From Isurus oxyrinchus (lineage: Eukaryota), in the NCBI GenBank assembly GCA_026770705.1, contig JANJGN010000020.1, forward strand, positions 86,862,001-86,926,000: a stretch of 64,000 nt of DNA. The letters are read 5' to 3'. The translations under genes were made by a program, and so were the position numbers. A model generated the notes under the pieces. That model searched no databases, was not told the origin of the DNA, and was given only the letters and a program-made list of their open reading frames with translations. Of this stretch, positions 26,641-40,460 are shown piece by piece (positions within the stretch are counted from its first letter, which is position 1; the number at the start of each line of letters is the position of its first letter).

Positions 26641-27739
26641 TCCCTCTTATATATGCTGCTCGGCTGTGAAAGAAAAACAGGGATTAAGTGACACATACTA
26701 CAAGACTAACAATTGTCCTGTTTTGCATTAAATAAAGTGTTTACAAGCCTATTTCCTTTCACGTCATAGTGAGTCTGCATGGCTGACTTTTGAGCACCAA
26801 AAATGTGCCATCAAATCACCACCTTGCTTTAATGTCCAAGGTAAAGCATTAGGGATTTTTAAAAAAGTTCTACATGTTATTTAGAAGTACAGTATCTGTG
26901 AAAAGACAATTTCATTACAACCAAAATAACAGACATCTTCACATATTTAAACCACAGTTTTATGAATGTTAAATGTAAAGTTTACAAAAGCACATTTAAT
27001 TGCTACAACATTAGCACAAGGCTATGATGTCAACATAATTTATTACACCAAATGTCATGGCATAAATTATAACTGTGACATAATAGGGAGGGAAGAAACA
27101 AATTTAACTTGAAGCATAAATAAAAGAAGAAACATTTATTGGAACTTCCAGCTATATCTGGATGCATCCAGCTGCATTGGATATTGGGAGGTGTACTTTC
27201 TCTTTTTTTGGTAAGCTTTTATTCTTGGGTGGTTTAATGCCAGCTGCTTCCATACAAGGAATCTTCCTTGATAAATTACAGGTATTCTATTTCTTAATTT
27301 TCTTACTTTGCATTTATACAGTATTTTTAATTACATTTTTCTACCTTCATTTTGCACTGTTCCATTACTTCTCCAGAACCAGATTGCAACAAGAGTCAAA
27401 AAGTTCACCATTTTCAATAATCAGGGATTTACATGAAATATAATGTTGACAAAAAATGCAATTATTTACAATTTTAAAACTGAGACAAGAAAAGGCCAGA
27501 AGTTAAAACTTGTTTCTTTACAAACTATGTATTTAATCCCAAGGGAAAATTCAGCATTTCTTCTCCGATACCTAAAAGCACACAAGCTAAACTCAGCAAC
27601 ATGAATCCATCCTCACAGCTCCATCAATGAAACTGGGTGCATTAATAACATCCCCACCTCCCCTAGCAGCACAAGCCTAAATTAATTGTATGGCTATTTG
27701 TGCTTGCAGCTCACCAACCTTATTTCTCACTCTACATGT

Positions 27740-28600
27740 ACTCACATATGTGCACCATAATCTAATTTAAATCTTATTTCATTCCCTTTTAGTTTGACTC
27801 CACTAATACCTGACTATTTCTAACTAATACTATCTGTCTCTCCCAACCCTTTATGCACCTTGTTTCTCCTATCTAATGCTACATTCTGATTTCAATATCC
27901 CTGCCAGTTTAAACATTCTTCAACAGCACTAGCAAACCGCTCTGCAAGGACATTGGTCCTGACCCTTAAAATTACGATCCATTCTGCCTATAAAGGTCCC
28001 ATCTCCCAAGAACCCATCCAAATGTCCTAAAGTGCTCTCTTCCTGCATCAGCTTTCTAGCCAGGCATCCATCTAGTCCATCTTCCTGTTTGTATTCATTA
28101 GGGCGTGACCCTGGGATTAATCCAGAGACTACTACCTTTGAAGTCCAGTTGTTAGCTCCCTAAAATCTTTCCATCTTTCTACCTATGATCTTGGTACTGA
28201 CATGGACCACAGTCTCTGGCTGTTCACCTTCCCTCCTCAGAGTGCTCTGCAGCCTCTCAGTGTCATCCTTCACCCTTGTACCAATGAGGTAACATGCCAA
28301 TCTGAAATCAAACGTGTAGCTGCAGAAACGTCGGTCTGCTCCCCAACTACAGAATCACCCATCCCTATCGCATTCCCAATCGTCTTCTGCTGAGCAACCT
28401 GTGACGTCCTGGACTTGGCTCTGGCTGCACTCCCCACAAGAACAATCACCCTCACCAGTATTCAGAACTAAATATGATTGGAGAGCATGATGTATTAAGG
28501 TGGCACCTGCACTACCTGCCTGATTGTCAAGGAGTTATTTGTTTCCTCTCTGCCTGCTCAACCTTCAGCTGCAGGGTGACCACCTCAAGAAACATGCAAC
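27740..28600 (-). mobile_element. Decayed CR1 ORF1 (esterase) region
   Basis: NAIGMGDSVVG motif; similar to the 16214-16522 ORF1 remnant. Confidence 0.65.
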
Positions 28601-28609
28601 ACACAAATT

Positions 28610-28709
28610 NNNNNNNNNNNNNNNNNNNNNNNNNNNNNNNNNNNNNNNNNNNNNNNNNNNNNNNNNNNNNNNNNNNNNNNNNNNNNNNNNNNNNNNNNNN
28701 NNNNNNNNN
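28610..28709. other. Assembly gap (100 N)
   Basis: Run of N. Confidence 1.
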
Positions 28710-29800
28710 CCAACAGCCAGACCATCTGTCTGTCTGTCCGTCCGTCCGTCTATCTACAGCCCTCGGCCCCACTCATTCGGAAAGCAAGCAAGCAAGCAAC
28801 AACAACGCGGGCCTGTTGCTAGGGAGACGCCCGCCTTACCTGGAAGGGGGAGGGGGTGGTTGGGGGGGGAGGGGGGTGGGTCGCGCGTGACCAACGCCCA
28901 CCCTCACTCGGATCTTTTCAAATGTTTCACTCTCCAACGGTACCGGCCCCGCGAGAGCGCGGCGCGAGACATCACACCGCACGTACGCCCCCCCCCCCCC
29001 ATTAAAATAAGAACCGCCATAACCGTCTCTCACAATGATCCTCCCAGCAAAAAAAAAATACTCACTTCTGTTTCAGTATAAAAAAAATTCACCAATTTAA
29101 TTAACGTTTGAAGAAAGCGGCCTTTTCAATCTTTCCTTCACTCACTCGCTGATGACCTGGGACTGAATAAGCCCCTCCCCCCTCCTCCTCCCTTTATTTT
29201 TCCTCCTTCCCGCCCGCCTCGAATCAGGGAGCGTCAAACACGAAAACAAATGGCCGCCCGCCCCTTGGGGTGAACGGAAGCTGGCTGGGCGAATCGCCTA
29301 CATCACTTCCAAACGCGCGTTACCAACGCGCAGTCGAAATGTAAAACGTTCCCTGCGCGCTTTTGGAAGCGGAGCCCGGAAACGTTTTCCGAGCCAGCCA
29401 GCTTCAAATCTCGCGCGACGTAGTGGGAGGAGAGATCGTCGGCAGCAACATGGCGGCTGGGCTGCTGGCCGGAGATGTTGGTCACAGAGTTACCTAAAAT
29501 GTGAAAGGGAGCGGCATGAGTCCGGTGGGGGACATCTTAAAGCAAGGAGTAAATCCCAGGTAACGAAGCCGGAAGTTTGTGTTTCACGCGATGGTACCTC
29601 GCCGAGTTGTTCCCCCCCCGACACATCCTTGCGTCTTAACGAGGTACAGGCATTGTGGCCAGGTAAATGGGGTGGGCTTGGGTGAAAATAACCCAGTTTT
29701 TGGTGTGTTTCTCCGTGGAAATCAGCCGCACACTGTGACGCCGCGTTGCTCAATCCAAATTGGGGCTTCACCTTAAAGGTAATAAAGTAAGTCAAGTGAC
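28710..29800. promoter_or_regulatory. CpG island / bidirectional promoter of PPHLN1 (-) and ZCRB1 (+), probably including both non-coding first exons
   Basis: The only strongly CpG-rich non-repeat segment. YY1-type motifs CAACATGGCGGC (29446-29457) and AAATGGCCGC (~29248); ETS motifs GCCGGAAGT (29568-29576) and inverted pair CGGAAA-cgt-TTTCCG (29377-29391); TCTCGCGCGA (~29409). Candidate donors on - (exon end 29066 or 28840) and on + (gt at 29560, 29663, 29787). Confidence 0.85.
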
Positions 29801-30469
29801 GGATCTGAATTGAAAAAAAAATATATATATCATGGTTTCGACTGAAAGGCTTGAGGTGGGTTAAGTTGGCCAAAAGTAAATGGTATTGGGTGTGTGTTAC
29901 TTGCACCACTAGGTAGTTTCCTTTAATGAAGTGTCAACCACCCCCCCCCCCCCCCCCCCTTTGCTGTTTGTATACTGTTATTGTCTCTGCAACTGTTGAC
30001 AGTTTAAGATTTAAACATTTGTTTCTGTTTGGCATTTTTTTAAAATACTGACATTGATGTACTGCATTCGGTGCTTGTACCAACTTTTCAACCTTTTTGC
30101 CAAGTTCACAGCTGCGCAGGAATCGCCAGGAAGATTTCTGGCCATGTGCTTGTGACTTGATTTGGATTTGATTTGATTTGATTTCACTGAAGCTGAAAAT
30201 TCATGTTAAAATTTTATGGTTTCCACATAATAAAACAAAAACTTAAGTGGCCACAATACATGAGAGTTTATAAATATGTGCTAATTAGTTTTGCCGCAAA
30301 TGCTGGTAATGGCAGGACTTGCTAATGAATTTTGAGCAACCCAGAAGGGGTGTATGGACAGACCAGCAACTTGCCATTACCTGGTGGCATTAACATAAAA
30401 TGTCCCTTAACCGGGAATAAAAGGAAGGTAGATTGTGTGGTGAACGATAGCAAATATGTAAATTTTAGC

Positions 30470-31465
30470 TGAAGGAGGGTGGTAGGTGGTAATCAGCCTG
30501 ATAACCCAATTATATGGCCTGATGCCATGAGGCATCGGAGTCTGGCATCAATGTTGAAGACTGTCTTGAGAGCCATTCCTCCTTGCTGTAAACCACTGTA
30601 CTGCCACTTCTGGTGGGTCTATGCTGCTGGTGGGACAGGATATCCCAGGGGTAGGTGATAGAGGTATCTGAAACATTAGCTGTAAGGTTTGATTCAATGC
30701 GTATGACTATGTCAGGCTGTTGCTTGAATTGTCTGTAGGGCAGCTCTCCCAATTTTGGCGCACGTCTTCAGATGTTAATAAGGATGACTTTGAATGGTTG
30801 ACTGGGTGTGCATTTGTCGTTTCCAGTGCCGAAGTTGATGCCAGATGGTCTGTCCACTTCTATAATTTTTTTGGCTTTTCTGTAGCAGTTTGATAAAACT
30901 GAGTGCCTTGTTAGCCCAGTTCAGAAGACAGTTAAGAATTGAGCACATTCGTTTAGATAATATCACCAACTTCAACACCTCTGTGTTCTTTTGTCTGTGA
31001 TATCTTTTGATGATCTGCTCCTATCCTAACAACCCCCCCCACCCCCCCCCCCCCCCCCCACTTCTCCCCCCCCACCCCACCTTAAACCACCTTATATTTC
31101 CCTCTCCTTGTAAAGAAAGATCAGTTTCTGTTGAAGGGTCATGAGGACTCGAAACGTCAACTCTTTTCTTCTCCGCCGATGCTGCCAGACCTGCTGAGTT
31201 TGTCCAGGTAATTCTGTTTTTGTTAAGAATTGACATGTTGGTCTGAGTCATATATAAGCCAGACTAAGTAGATTTCTGTCCCTGAAGGACAGATGGATTT
31301 TTATGATTATCCAGTAGTTTCATGTTCGGCATTGCTAATCTTAGCATTTTATTCCAGATTTGTTAATTTGAATTTATATTCCACAAGCTGCGGTGATGGG
31401 ACTTGAACTTGTCCAGATATCTGGATTACTAGCCCAATACCATTATCACTAAGCTACTATCCCAG
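30470..31465 (-). mobile_element. 5' part of family B LINE (tRNA-like head + APE start), interrupted by a Penelope module
   Basis: Homologous to 5990-6720; PKLGELPYRQFKQQPDIVI; B-box-like gttcaagtccc on the minus strand at ~31398-31408. Confidence 0.8.
30943..31221 (+). mobile_element. Penelope-like 3' terminal fragment, 12-bp TSD, hammerhead fold at ~31124-31162
   Basis: TSD gttaagaattga at 30931-30942 / 31222-31233. Confidence 0.85.
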
Positions 31466-32124
31466 TAAACATCTCCAACAAGCAGGGCATCAGGATTTGT
31501 TTGAGAAAGCTGAGAGAGAGAAGAGGGAGGGAGGATAACAGGTGCTGAAGTATGGCATTTTGGGTGAGAGCCAAACGTGATGGCTTCCAGCTTGTTAATA
31601 TTTTGCTGTTTTAAAAACATGATTTGCATGTTAATGAAATTCATTTTCATTTTTGAGGCCTTTTGGGACAGTTATGATTGGGTGCATTTGTCATTTTAAA
31701 TTTGATTCCACCTTGCTAGCCATATTCATAAACCCTGTAGTCTTCATATATTCCAATTTGTTCCTATCCTGTCTCACATTAAATAATATTTTTGCATTGT
31801 TTCTGTATTTTCAGACCAGCATTAGCTGCATGTTCCACAGAGTTTGAAATCTTCATTCCTATCTTCAAATTTCTTTATGATCTCACCCTACCTAGACTAT
31901 CTTTCCAGCATCCTCCACCTTCCCTGTCTTCTTCAGAGCTTTTTGGTGATCAGACTGATATATTGCACAATTTCCCCCTTACCACCATGAACAAAGTCTT
32001 AGTACACTGGCCATACTCTTATTAAATTTTCCCCTTGCAGCTCTTTATTTCTCCGTTTCTTTCACTACCCTTAATCTTCATAAAACCTAGACTTTCAGAA
32101 AACCAATGTTTTCATCAACCTGTA

Positions 32125-32228
32125 ATGTTAACTCTGTTTCTCTCTCTATAGATGCTGACCTGCTGGCCACTTCTATCATTTTCTGTTTCTTTTCAGATTT
32201 CCAGCATATGCAGTATTTTGTTTTTATC
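32125..32228 (+). mobile_element. Old Penelope-like terminal fragment
   Basis: gttaactctgtttctctct..gatgctgacctgctg..gatttccagcat. Confidence 0.6.
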
Positions 32229-33697
32229 TTTTCAGAAGTTTTCTGTTCCCTCTTCTGACCTTCATATCATAGAATCAGTTACTTTTTTTCTGCCCCACAT
32301 GGAAAGTATCATTGGATATTTCTACATTGAAGACACTATATAAATGCTGTTACATGTGATTGCTCCAGTTGATCTGATGATAAATATGTAAGCACAAATG
32401 CTGCTAAGTTAGGCAGACTTGCCTCTGCTCCCTTAGGGAAAAAAGAGGGAAAGGCATCAGACTTGTTCTCTTCTAATTGTTGTTAGAGCATCCTTGTTTG
32501 TGGACCTGAAGTTAGGAACAGTTCATGTTGATCAGTGAAATCCTCTCATGTAAACCGTCAGATAAATGACTTAAAACATATAAGCGGATTTTAAAAATGG
32601 AGAGAAATAATTGATGAGAATTAGCAGCTGATGAAAGCAAAATTTTGCCAAGGTGCCTGTGAATGTGTTCCTTGGGATGCGGTAGGGAAATGAAAGAATA
32701 AAATTCATTGGTAGAACGCGTGTGTGATGGTTGTTAAGGGTTTCATTCTTGGGCTAAGGTTTGTTCATTTTGTTTAGGTGGTTGTTAGTCAACTGTTTAT
32801 AATATGGTGCCATAAATCTTGACATCACATTATTTTCTCTGCTTTTGACTATTTGTCATTCCTTTCAGGTCTTGATATGCACAGTTGCATTATATTGGAT
32901 GTAACCTTCCACGTAGTCTTTTCCCAATTAGAGCTCAACACCTTCATATATAGTAGTCATATCCATCACAATAGTGTCCTTACTGTAGCACAGTTAATTA
33001 CAGCATCAGAATTATTCTTTATATTGCACAATCTTTGAAGTCTTCCACAACGTTGGATGTTGCTAGAGCTTTTTTGTAAATATTTTGTTTTTAATTTTCA
33101 TCATTTTTTGAAATTGTGTTGAGTTCCATTATTGCTTTCATCTAAATCATTAATGAAATGGATGAAGAGCATTGATGTTTTGCCTGTGACCTGGTCCTGT
33201 ACACTTATACACTGTTTCATGATTTTGTCTGCAAAATTGAAGCCATTTGCCTATCCAGCTTAATAGCTGCCCATTAATTCCTAAATATGTAACATTTTCT
33301 AGTAGATGTTTATATGGCACTTTAGCAAAGGCATTTTGGCAATCATTTTACCATCAACCACTGATTTGGTCATCTCTTCCAAGACCCCTGTCAGGATTAT
33401 GAAACAAGACCTCCATTTCCTAAAGCCATACCTGATTTCCCTAATAACCGCTGAACTCTTGAGGTGACCGTAAATCCCATCTTCTGCAGCTGACATCAAA
33501 CCGACAGGCTTAGAATACCCAAAGTCCAGTTTCTTGATTATTGAAACTGTGAGAGTCTACTTGCTGTTCACTGTAAGTAACCTAGATCTCAAAAGAGTGA
33601 CTAAATATATGAGCCAGTGGTGTGCATAAAATACTTTCGTTTCCTTAAACAGGCTTGGGTAGTTGGAATCAGTTCGAACACCATAATCGCTTTTTTT

Positions 33698-34495
33698 ATT
33701 TGTTCATGGGATGTGAGCATCACTGAGTAGGCCAGCATTTATTGTCCAGCCCTTATTGTTCTTGAGAAGGTGCTGGTCTGCCGACTTCTTGAACCACAGC
33801 AGTCCGTGTTGCAGGAACACATGCTGTTAGGAAAGGAGTTCCAGGATTTTGACCCAGTAATAGTGAAGGAACGGTAATATAGTTTCAAGTCAGGATGGTG
33901 TGTGCATTAGAGGGGAACTTACAGGTGATGGTGTTACCGTGCACCTGCTGCCCTTGTCCTAGGTGGTAGAGGTTGCTGGTTTGGAAGATGTTGTCGAAGA
34001 AGCCTTAGTGAGTTGTGGCAGTGCATCTTGTAGATGGTCCACATTGCTGTCACTGTGGGTCGGTGGTGGATGGGGTGCCAATCAAGCTTTCTCCTGGATG
34101 TGTAAAGCTTCTTGTGAAGTTGGAGCTGCACTTATCCAGGCAAGTAGAGAATATTCCATCACACTCTGACTTGCGCCTTGTAGATGGTGGGCAGGCTTTC
34201 GGGAGTCAGAAGGTGAGTTACTCTCCATAGAATTCCCAGCTGCCAGCCTGCTCTTCTAGTCACAATTATTTGGCTGGTCCAGTTCAGTTTGTGGTCGACA
34301 GTAACTCACAGGATGTTGATAGTGGGGCATTCAATGATGATAATGCCATTGAATGTCAAAGAGCGATAGTTAGATTTTCTCTTGTTGGAGAAGGTCATTG
34401 GCCAGCCCTTGTATGGCGCGAATGTTACTTACCACTTACCAGTCCAAGCCTGAATATTGTCCAGGTCTTGCTGCATTTGGACGGTGTGCTTTAAT
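33698..34495 (-). mobile_element. Family B LINE 3' fragment
   Basis: Homologous to 3242-4070. Confidence 0.85.
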
Positions 34496-35209
34496 ATCAA
34501 CTAATACCATTTTTGCAATTATTTCTATCACATCAATTTTAGTGGAACATCAATCAAATATATTTGGTACCTAAGCATCATTCTGAATAGTGAAAAACAA
34601 TGCTAATTGTTTCTTACTTAAGCCATATCTTAATCCTTATAAGCTGTCGTAAGTAAAATTTGATCTACCTTTAAAATTTAGCAGAAAATAGATGTATTCA
34701 CCTGTATTTGAAAGGAACTGGACAATACAGCAGGAGACAAGTTATGTATTAATATGTCTGGAGTTTTAAGATTAGGGAAACCAGGATAAAGTTAGGGAAA
34801 CCAGGATATAGTCCTTGGATGTGTTCAACTGCCCAGTTATATATGGCACAAAGGCCAAGAGGCCTGAATTTGAATAGAAGCTGCTGGATGGTGTTGGCAG
34901 AGCAGTAAAAACCAGTTAAACATGCAACTACCAGTTCACATAGTGCATCTTACTTCCTTTCCCAGCTTTTCCCATGACACATGGGTTGTTACAATACTGC
35001 CTGATTAGCCTTCACATTAACCATTGTGGGGTTTTTTGGTTTAAGCAGGTGGTTTTACAGCCAGCTGCCCTTCCTGTCATTAACTCTCCCCACATATCCA
35101 GGCTGGGGACTGACACTGATACACTGACTTGCCTGCGCCAGTGGCTGTGTTCTTCTGAGAGTTCACAGAATTATTTGCTAGACTGTAGCACTTTATCCTT
35201 TTTTTCTAT

Positions 35210-36500
35210 ATTCATTTATGGGATGTGGGCATTGCTGGCTAGGCCAGCATTTATTGCCTATCCCTTGAGAAGGTGGTGGTGAGCTTCTTTTTGAACCACT
35301 GCAGCCCCTGTGTTGTAGGTACACCCACAGTGCTGCTCGGGAGGGCATTCCAGGATTTTGACCCAGTGACAGTGCGGGAATGGTGATATATTTCCAAGTC
35401 AGAATGGTGAGTGACTTGGAAGGGAATCTGCAGATGGTGTTGTTTCCATGTATTTGCTGCCCTTGTCATTCTAGATGGTAGTGGTCATGGGTTTGGAAGA
35501 TGCAGTCTAAGGACCCTTGGTGAGTTCCTATAATACATCTTGTAGATGGTACAACACTGCTGCCACTGTTCGTCTGTGGTGGAGGGAGTAAATGTTTTTG
35601 GAAGGGGTGCCAATCAAGTGGGTTGCTTTGTCCTGGATGGTGTCAAGCTTTTTGAGTGTTGTTGGATCTGTACTCATCCCGGCAAGTGGAGAGTATTCCA
35701 TCACACTCCTAACCTGTGCCTTGTAGATGGTGGACAGGCTTTGGAGAGTCAGGAGGTGAGTTACTTGCCGCAGGATTTCTAGCTTCTGACCTGCTCTTGT
35801 AGCCACAGTATTTACATGGCTAGTCCAGTTCAGTTTCTGGTCAATGGTAACCCCCCAGGTTGGTAGTGGAGGATTCAGCGATGGTAATATTATTGAATGT
35901 CAAGGGGCGATGATTAGATTCTTGTTGGAGATGGTCATTGCCTGGCACTTGTGTGACGTGATTGTTACTTGCTATTTGTCAGCCCAAGCATGGATATTGT
36001 CCAGGTGTTGCTGCATTTGGGCATGGACTGCTTCAGTATCTGAGGAGTCACAAATGGTGCTGAACATTGTATAATTATCAGCGAACATCCCCACTTCTGA
36101 CCTTATGATGGAAGGATGGTCATTGATGAAGCAGCTGAAGATGGTTGGACTAGGACACTACGCTGAGGAACTCCTGCAGTGCTGTCCTGGAACTGAGATG
36201 ATTGACCTCCAACAGCCACAACCATTTTCCTTCGTGGTAGGTATGACTCCAACCAGCAGAGAATATTCCCTCGATTCTCATTGACTCCAGTTTTGCTAGG
36301 GCTCCTTGATACTACACTCAGTCAAATGCTGCCTTGATGTCAAGGGCAGTCGCTCTCATTTCACCTCTGGCATTCACTCAGCTCTTTTGTCCATGTTTGA
36401 ATCAAGGCTGGAATGAGATCAGAAGCTGAGTGACTTTTGTGGAACTCAAACTGAGCGTCAGTGAGTAGGTTATTCCTAAGCAAGTGTCGCTTGATAGTAC
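35210..36500 (-). mobile_element. Family B LINE 3' fragment (RT to tail)
   Basis: Homologous to 3242-4550; YKAQVRSVMEYSPLA. Confidence 0.9.
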
Positions 36501-36539
36501 TATAGAACAGTAAGCATTGCAAAAATGAATACAAAAAAA

Positions 36540-38030
36540 CCCCGAATGATTAACAGAAGCGGAAGTATTGTTAGGGATAAGTAATGTGGGCCTTTTAAAA
36601 ACATGTAATATTGCAAATAAATATAAGAAAATGGCTGACTTATTAATACTTTGTGTCAGTCTTCACAGTAGAAGAAGTGATACTATGCTTAAAATTCCAG
36701 AGAAACTAATAATGAATTAAGGACTGGAGCTCATTAAAGTTACCAAGCAAAAAAAAACAGTAATAGAGAAAAATAATATCACTAAAGACTGACAAATCCC
36801 TGGGATGGTTCCACCCCAGGCTTTTAAATGAAGTGGTGGGGGAGTACCTTAGTCATAATCTTCCAAAGCTGTCTCAGTTCAGGAATTGTCCCTTCTTAGG
36901 TGGAAGAATGTGAATGTAGCAAACATTTAAGAAAAGTGAGAAACCAGTACTGACTGGTTGGGAAATTGGTGAGGTGGTAGAAGACAGTAGAGATAATGGA
37001 TATGTATTTGAATTAGAAGGACATGACCTTATAGTCAATGAGTTGGATGTACAACTATTATATTATACAAGATTGGTGGTAGAGTATGGAGTGTAGATGG
37101 AAACACAAAATTATAGCTAGAAATTGATAGTTATTCCCACTTAATATTTTGGTGAAATGCCATAGATTAATTACCAGGGCTCCATAAATTATGAGGAGCA
37201 ATTACATAAATTAAACACTTATCCCCGGAATAAAAAAAAGATTGTGGTAATCTGATTGAGATTTTTTTAGGATTTTGAGAGGAGTTCATTGGATAGCTAG
37301 AGAGGGCATTTTCTGCTCTGAGGAGTCTAAAACAAGGAGACATAAATCAGGAGAGAAGTTAGGAAACACTTCTATAAATAAAGGATGGTGGAAGCGTGGA
37401 ATTCTCCCCAAAAAAGCAGTAGATGCTAGATCTGAGATTTATTAGAATTTTGGTAGTTATGTCTATTGAAAAGTATGGAGCCAAAGCTGGTGCATGGAAT
37501 TAGAATGCAGATTTAGCCATGATTTCACTGAATGATGGAACAGGATCGACAGTCTGAAGGGCCTATTCCTGTTCTTATGCTCAGTGGGGGTTAATAAAGC
37601 AAATTAGATCATAATGTATGTATGGGGTGTGATGTGTGGGTGTGTACAGCCAATATTGAGCCAAAATGGTGGGGTAATCCCACCACTTATTAAGTCATTG
37701 GTCTGGGTCCACTTCGAATACTATACACAGTTTTGGTTGCTACGGTACAAAAAGGACATTGCAGCTATTGAAGGGATATGGAAGAGGACAATCAGAATGA
37801 TTCAGGGGATGGAGCGAGTGATCAGATTATGAAGAGGAATTTTATATAAATTGAGAGTGTTCTCATTGAAAAGGCGAAGTTTAAGGATTCCAAAGAAAGA
37901 GATGCTGTAGACTATGATGTGCTGCTTCATTTTGTCTGGAACAATAGAACCAGAGGACATCAATTGTACTTAAAGGGTGATGAATTCAAAACCAATGAGG
38001 AAATATATTTCAGCGAGCAAGCATTAAATC
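36540..38030 (+). mobile_element. Highly decayed CR1 fragments (at least two copies)
   Basis: KTDKSLGW-like and LIKSLVWVHFEYYTQFW remnants; CR1 3' tail near 37560. Confidence 0.6.
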
Positions 38031-39149
38031 TATCAGGAATTAGAAATATCTTCCAGTTGGTGGATTTCTAACATTGGAGTCTCATTTTAAATACTTGTTC
38101 CAACCTCTAGGGTCAAGTTTTAAAAAAAATTGCAATTCTGCTGTCAAGAGTAGGAACTGACTGCAGAGCTGTGATTGGAGGAACAGTGAGCACGGGAGGG
38201 ACAGAACTGTTCCTGTAGTCGTCAATTCTGTCTAGCCCATGTTGGCTGCTCTGTGTCCTCCAATCACAGGTTTCCTCCCTCCTATTCCTGCTGCTCCTCC
38301 AGAGACAGAATCTGTGATCAGTAGAGCAGCGAGGGTGGGAGGGAAGGAACCTGTGATTGGAGGAGCTGTTATTCTGATCAATCCTGCTACTGCCATGCAA
38401 GAAACTTTCAGTTGCAGTGTCATCAATCATTTGACATCCTCCAGGAGACCGAGGAGGAGGGAACCTATGTAAGTAACATGGTCGGGGGAGCAATTACTCA
38501 GCCTTGTGCCAGTGCAGACAGGCTGCCGTCTGCAACTTGAGCCACTCTAGGGGAACTGGAGAGGTCTAATTCTGACCCCCTTCTCTACTATTGGTACTGC
38601 ATTAGCCACCAATGAGTTATCTGTTAACTGGATATGGGGTTGTTGAATGAGAAGAGTGCTATGTCAGTGTGTTGGACAATCACAGCTAAGGTACAGAGTT
38701 GGCCATGCAAACTTTGCGAGGGAGTTGGGTGAGGGAGTGTAATTCGTCAGGAAGGGAGAGGGGTTTTTGTTCCCAACTCTGCTCCGTGTCTACTCCCAAT
38801 GTCCGAAATCTGCCCAGCCCTCCCATGTCAAACTGGAAATGTCGCTCACGAGGAGGCATGCTGTGGTGGTTATACTGTGGTTAACACACAGTAACCACAG
38901 GAAACCTCCTTCTCCCCCCCCACCTCCTCTGGCCCCCCACCCACCTTGGGTATCACTGATACTTTGGAAGAGTTCATATTCAGCTCCTTTATAATGAAGT
39001 AACAGGAAAATTGTCATCCTAATCTGGCCAGGTCAGGTGGCTGTTAGATTCAGAGTCCAAAAATGCTTTCATCTCATGGTACTTTTACAATTCCACCCAT
39101 TTGAAGTGCCCTAGAAACATTTTCATTTCATGACAGATGATACATATGA

Positions 39150-40460
39150 ACATACGAGTTAAGAGCAGGAGTAGTCCACTCAGCCCTTTGGGCCCACTCC
39201 ACCATTCAATAAGATCATGGCTGATTTGACTATAACCTCCCACCTACCCCTGATAACCTTTCGCCCTCAAGTTTATCAAGAATCCATCTACCTTTGCTTT
39301 GAAAATATTCAAAGACTCTGCTTCCATTGCCTTTTGAGAAAGGGCATTCCAAAGACTCACTACCCTCTGAGAGAAAAAAATTCTTCTCATCTCTGTCTTA
39401 AATGGCCATTTGTAAACAGTGCCCCTAAGTTTCAGGTTCTCCCACGAGAGGAAATACCCTTTCCACATCCACCCTGTCAAGACCCCTCAGGTTCTTATAT
39501 GTTCCAATCAAGTTGCCTTTTAATCTTCTAAACTCTAGTGGATACGAGCCTGTACAATCTTTCCTCAGAATACAACCCACCTATTCCTGGTATCAGTTTA
39601 GTAAATCTTCTCTGAACTCCTAATGCATTTACATCCTTCCTTAAATAAGGAGACCGATACTTTGCACAGTACTCCAGATGTGCTCTAACCAGTGTCATAT
39701 ATAAGTGAAACATAACTTCCCTACTTGTATATTCAGTTCCTGTCACAATAAATGATAACATTCTATTAGCTTTCCTAATTACTTGCTGTACCTGCACACT
39801 AGTCTTCTGCGATTCATGCACGAAGGCACCCAGATCCCTCTGAATCTCAGAGCTCTGCGATCTCTCACCATTTAGATAATATGCTTTTTCTTTCATTCTT
39901 CTTGTTAAAATAGACAATTTCACATTTTCCCACGTTATATTCCATTTACCAGGTCTTTGCCCACTAGCTTAACCTATCTATATACACTTGTAGCCTCCTT
40001 GTGTCCTCTTCACAACTTAATTTCCTACCTATATTTGTATCCTCAGCAAATTTAACAGCCATACCTTCGGTTCTTCATCCAAGTCATTTATATAAATTGT
40101 AGAAAGTTGAGGTCCCAGCATTGATCCTTTTGATACGTCACTTGTTGCATCCCGCCAACCAGAAAAAGTCCCATTTATGGCTACCTTGTTTTCCATGCTA
40201 ATATATTATCCCCCACACCATAAGCTTCTATTTTCCACTGTAACCTTAAAGGGGAACCACATTTATTTGCAGCAAATATGACTCCTTCAAAATAACTCCA
40301 GTAAATTGATCAAATATGATTTTCCTGTCAAAACCATGTTGACTCTGCCTGATGCCCTTGAATTCATCTAAATGCCCTGCCAGAACATCTTTGGTAATAG
40401 GTTCCAACATTTTCCCTATGACATATGTTAAGCTAACTGGCCTATAATTTCCTTTCTGTC
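39150..40460 (-). mobile_element. Decayed CR1 LINE 3' part
   Basis: LVRAHLEYCAKY..GVQRRFTKLIPG; NYRPVSLTYVIGKMLE. Confidence 0.9.

Noticed and set aside
28474-29081. ORFs of 138-185 aa spanning the N run
   Set aside because: Artefacts of reading through the assembly gap into GC-rich promoter DNA.
34772-34808. 17-bp direct repeat ttagggaaaccaggata x2
   Set aside because: Simple local tandem duplication with no further structure; not telomeric.
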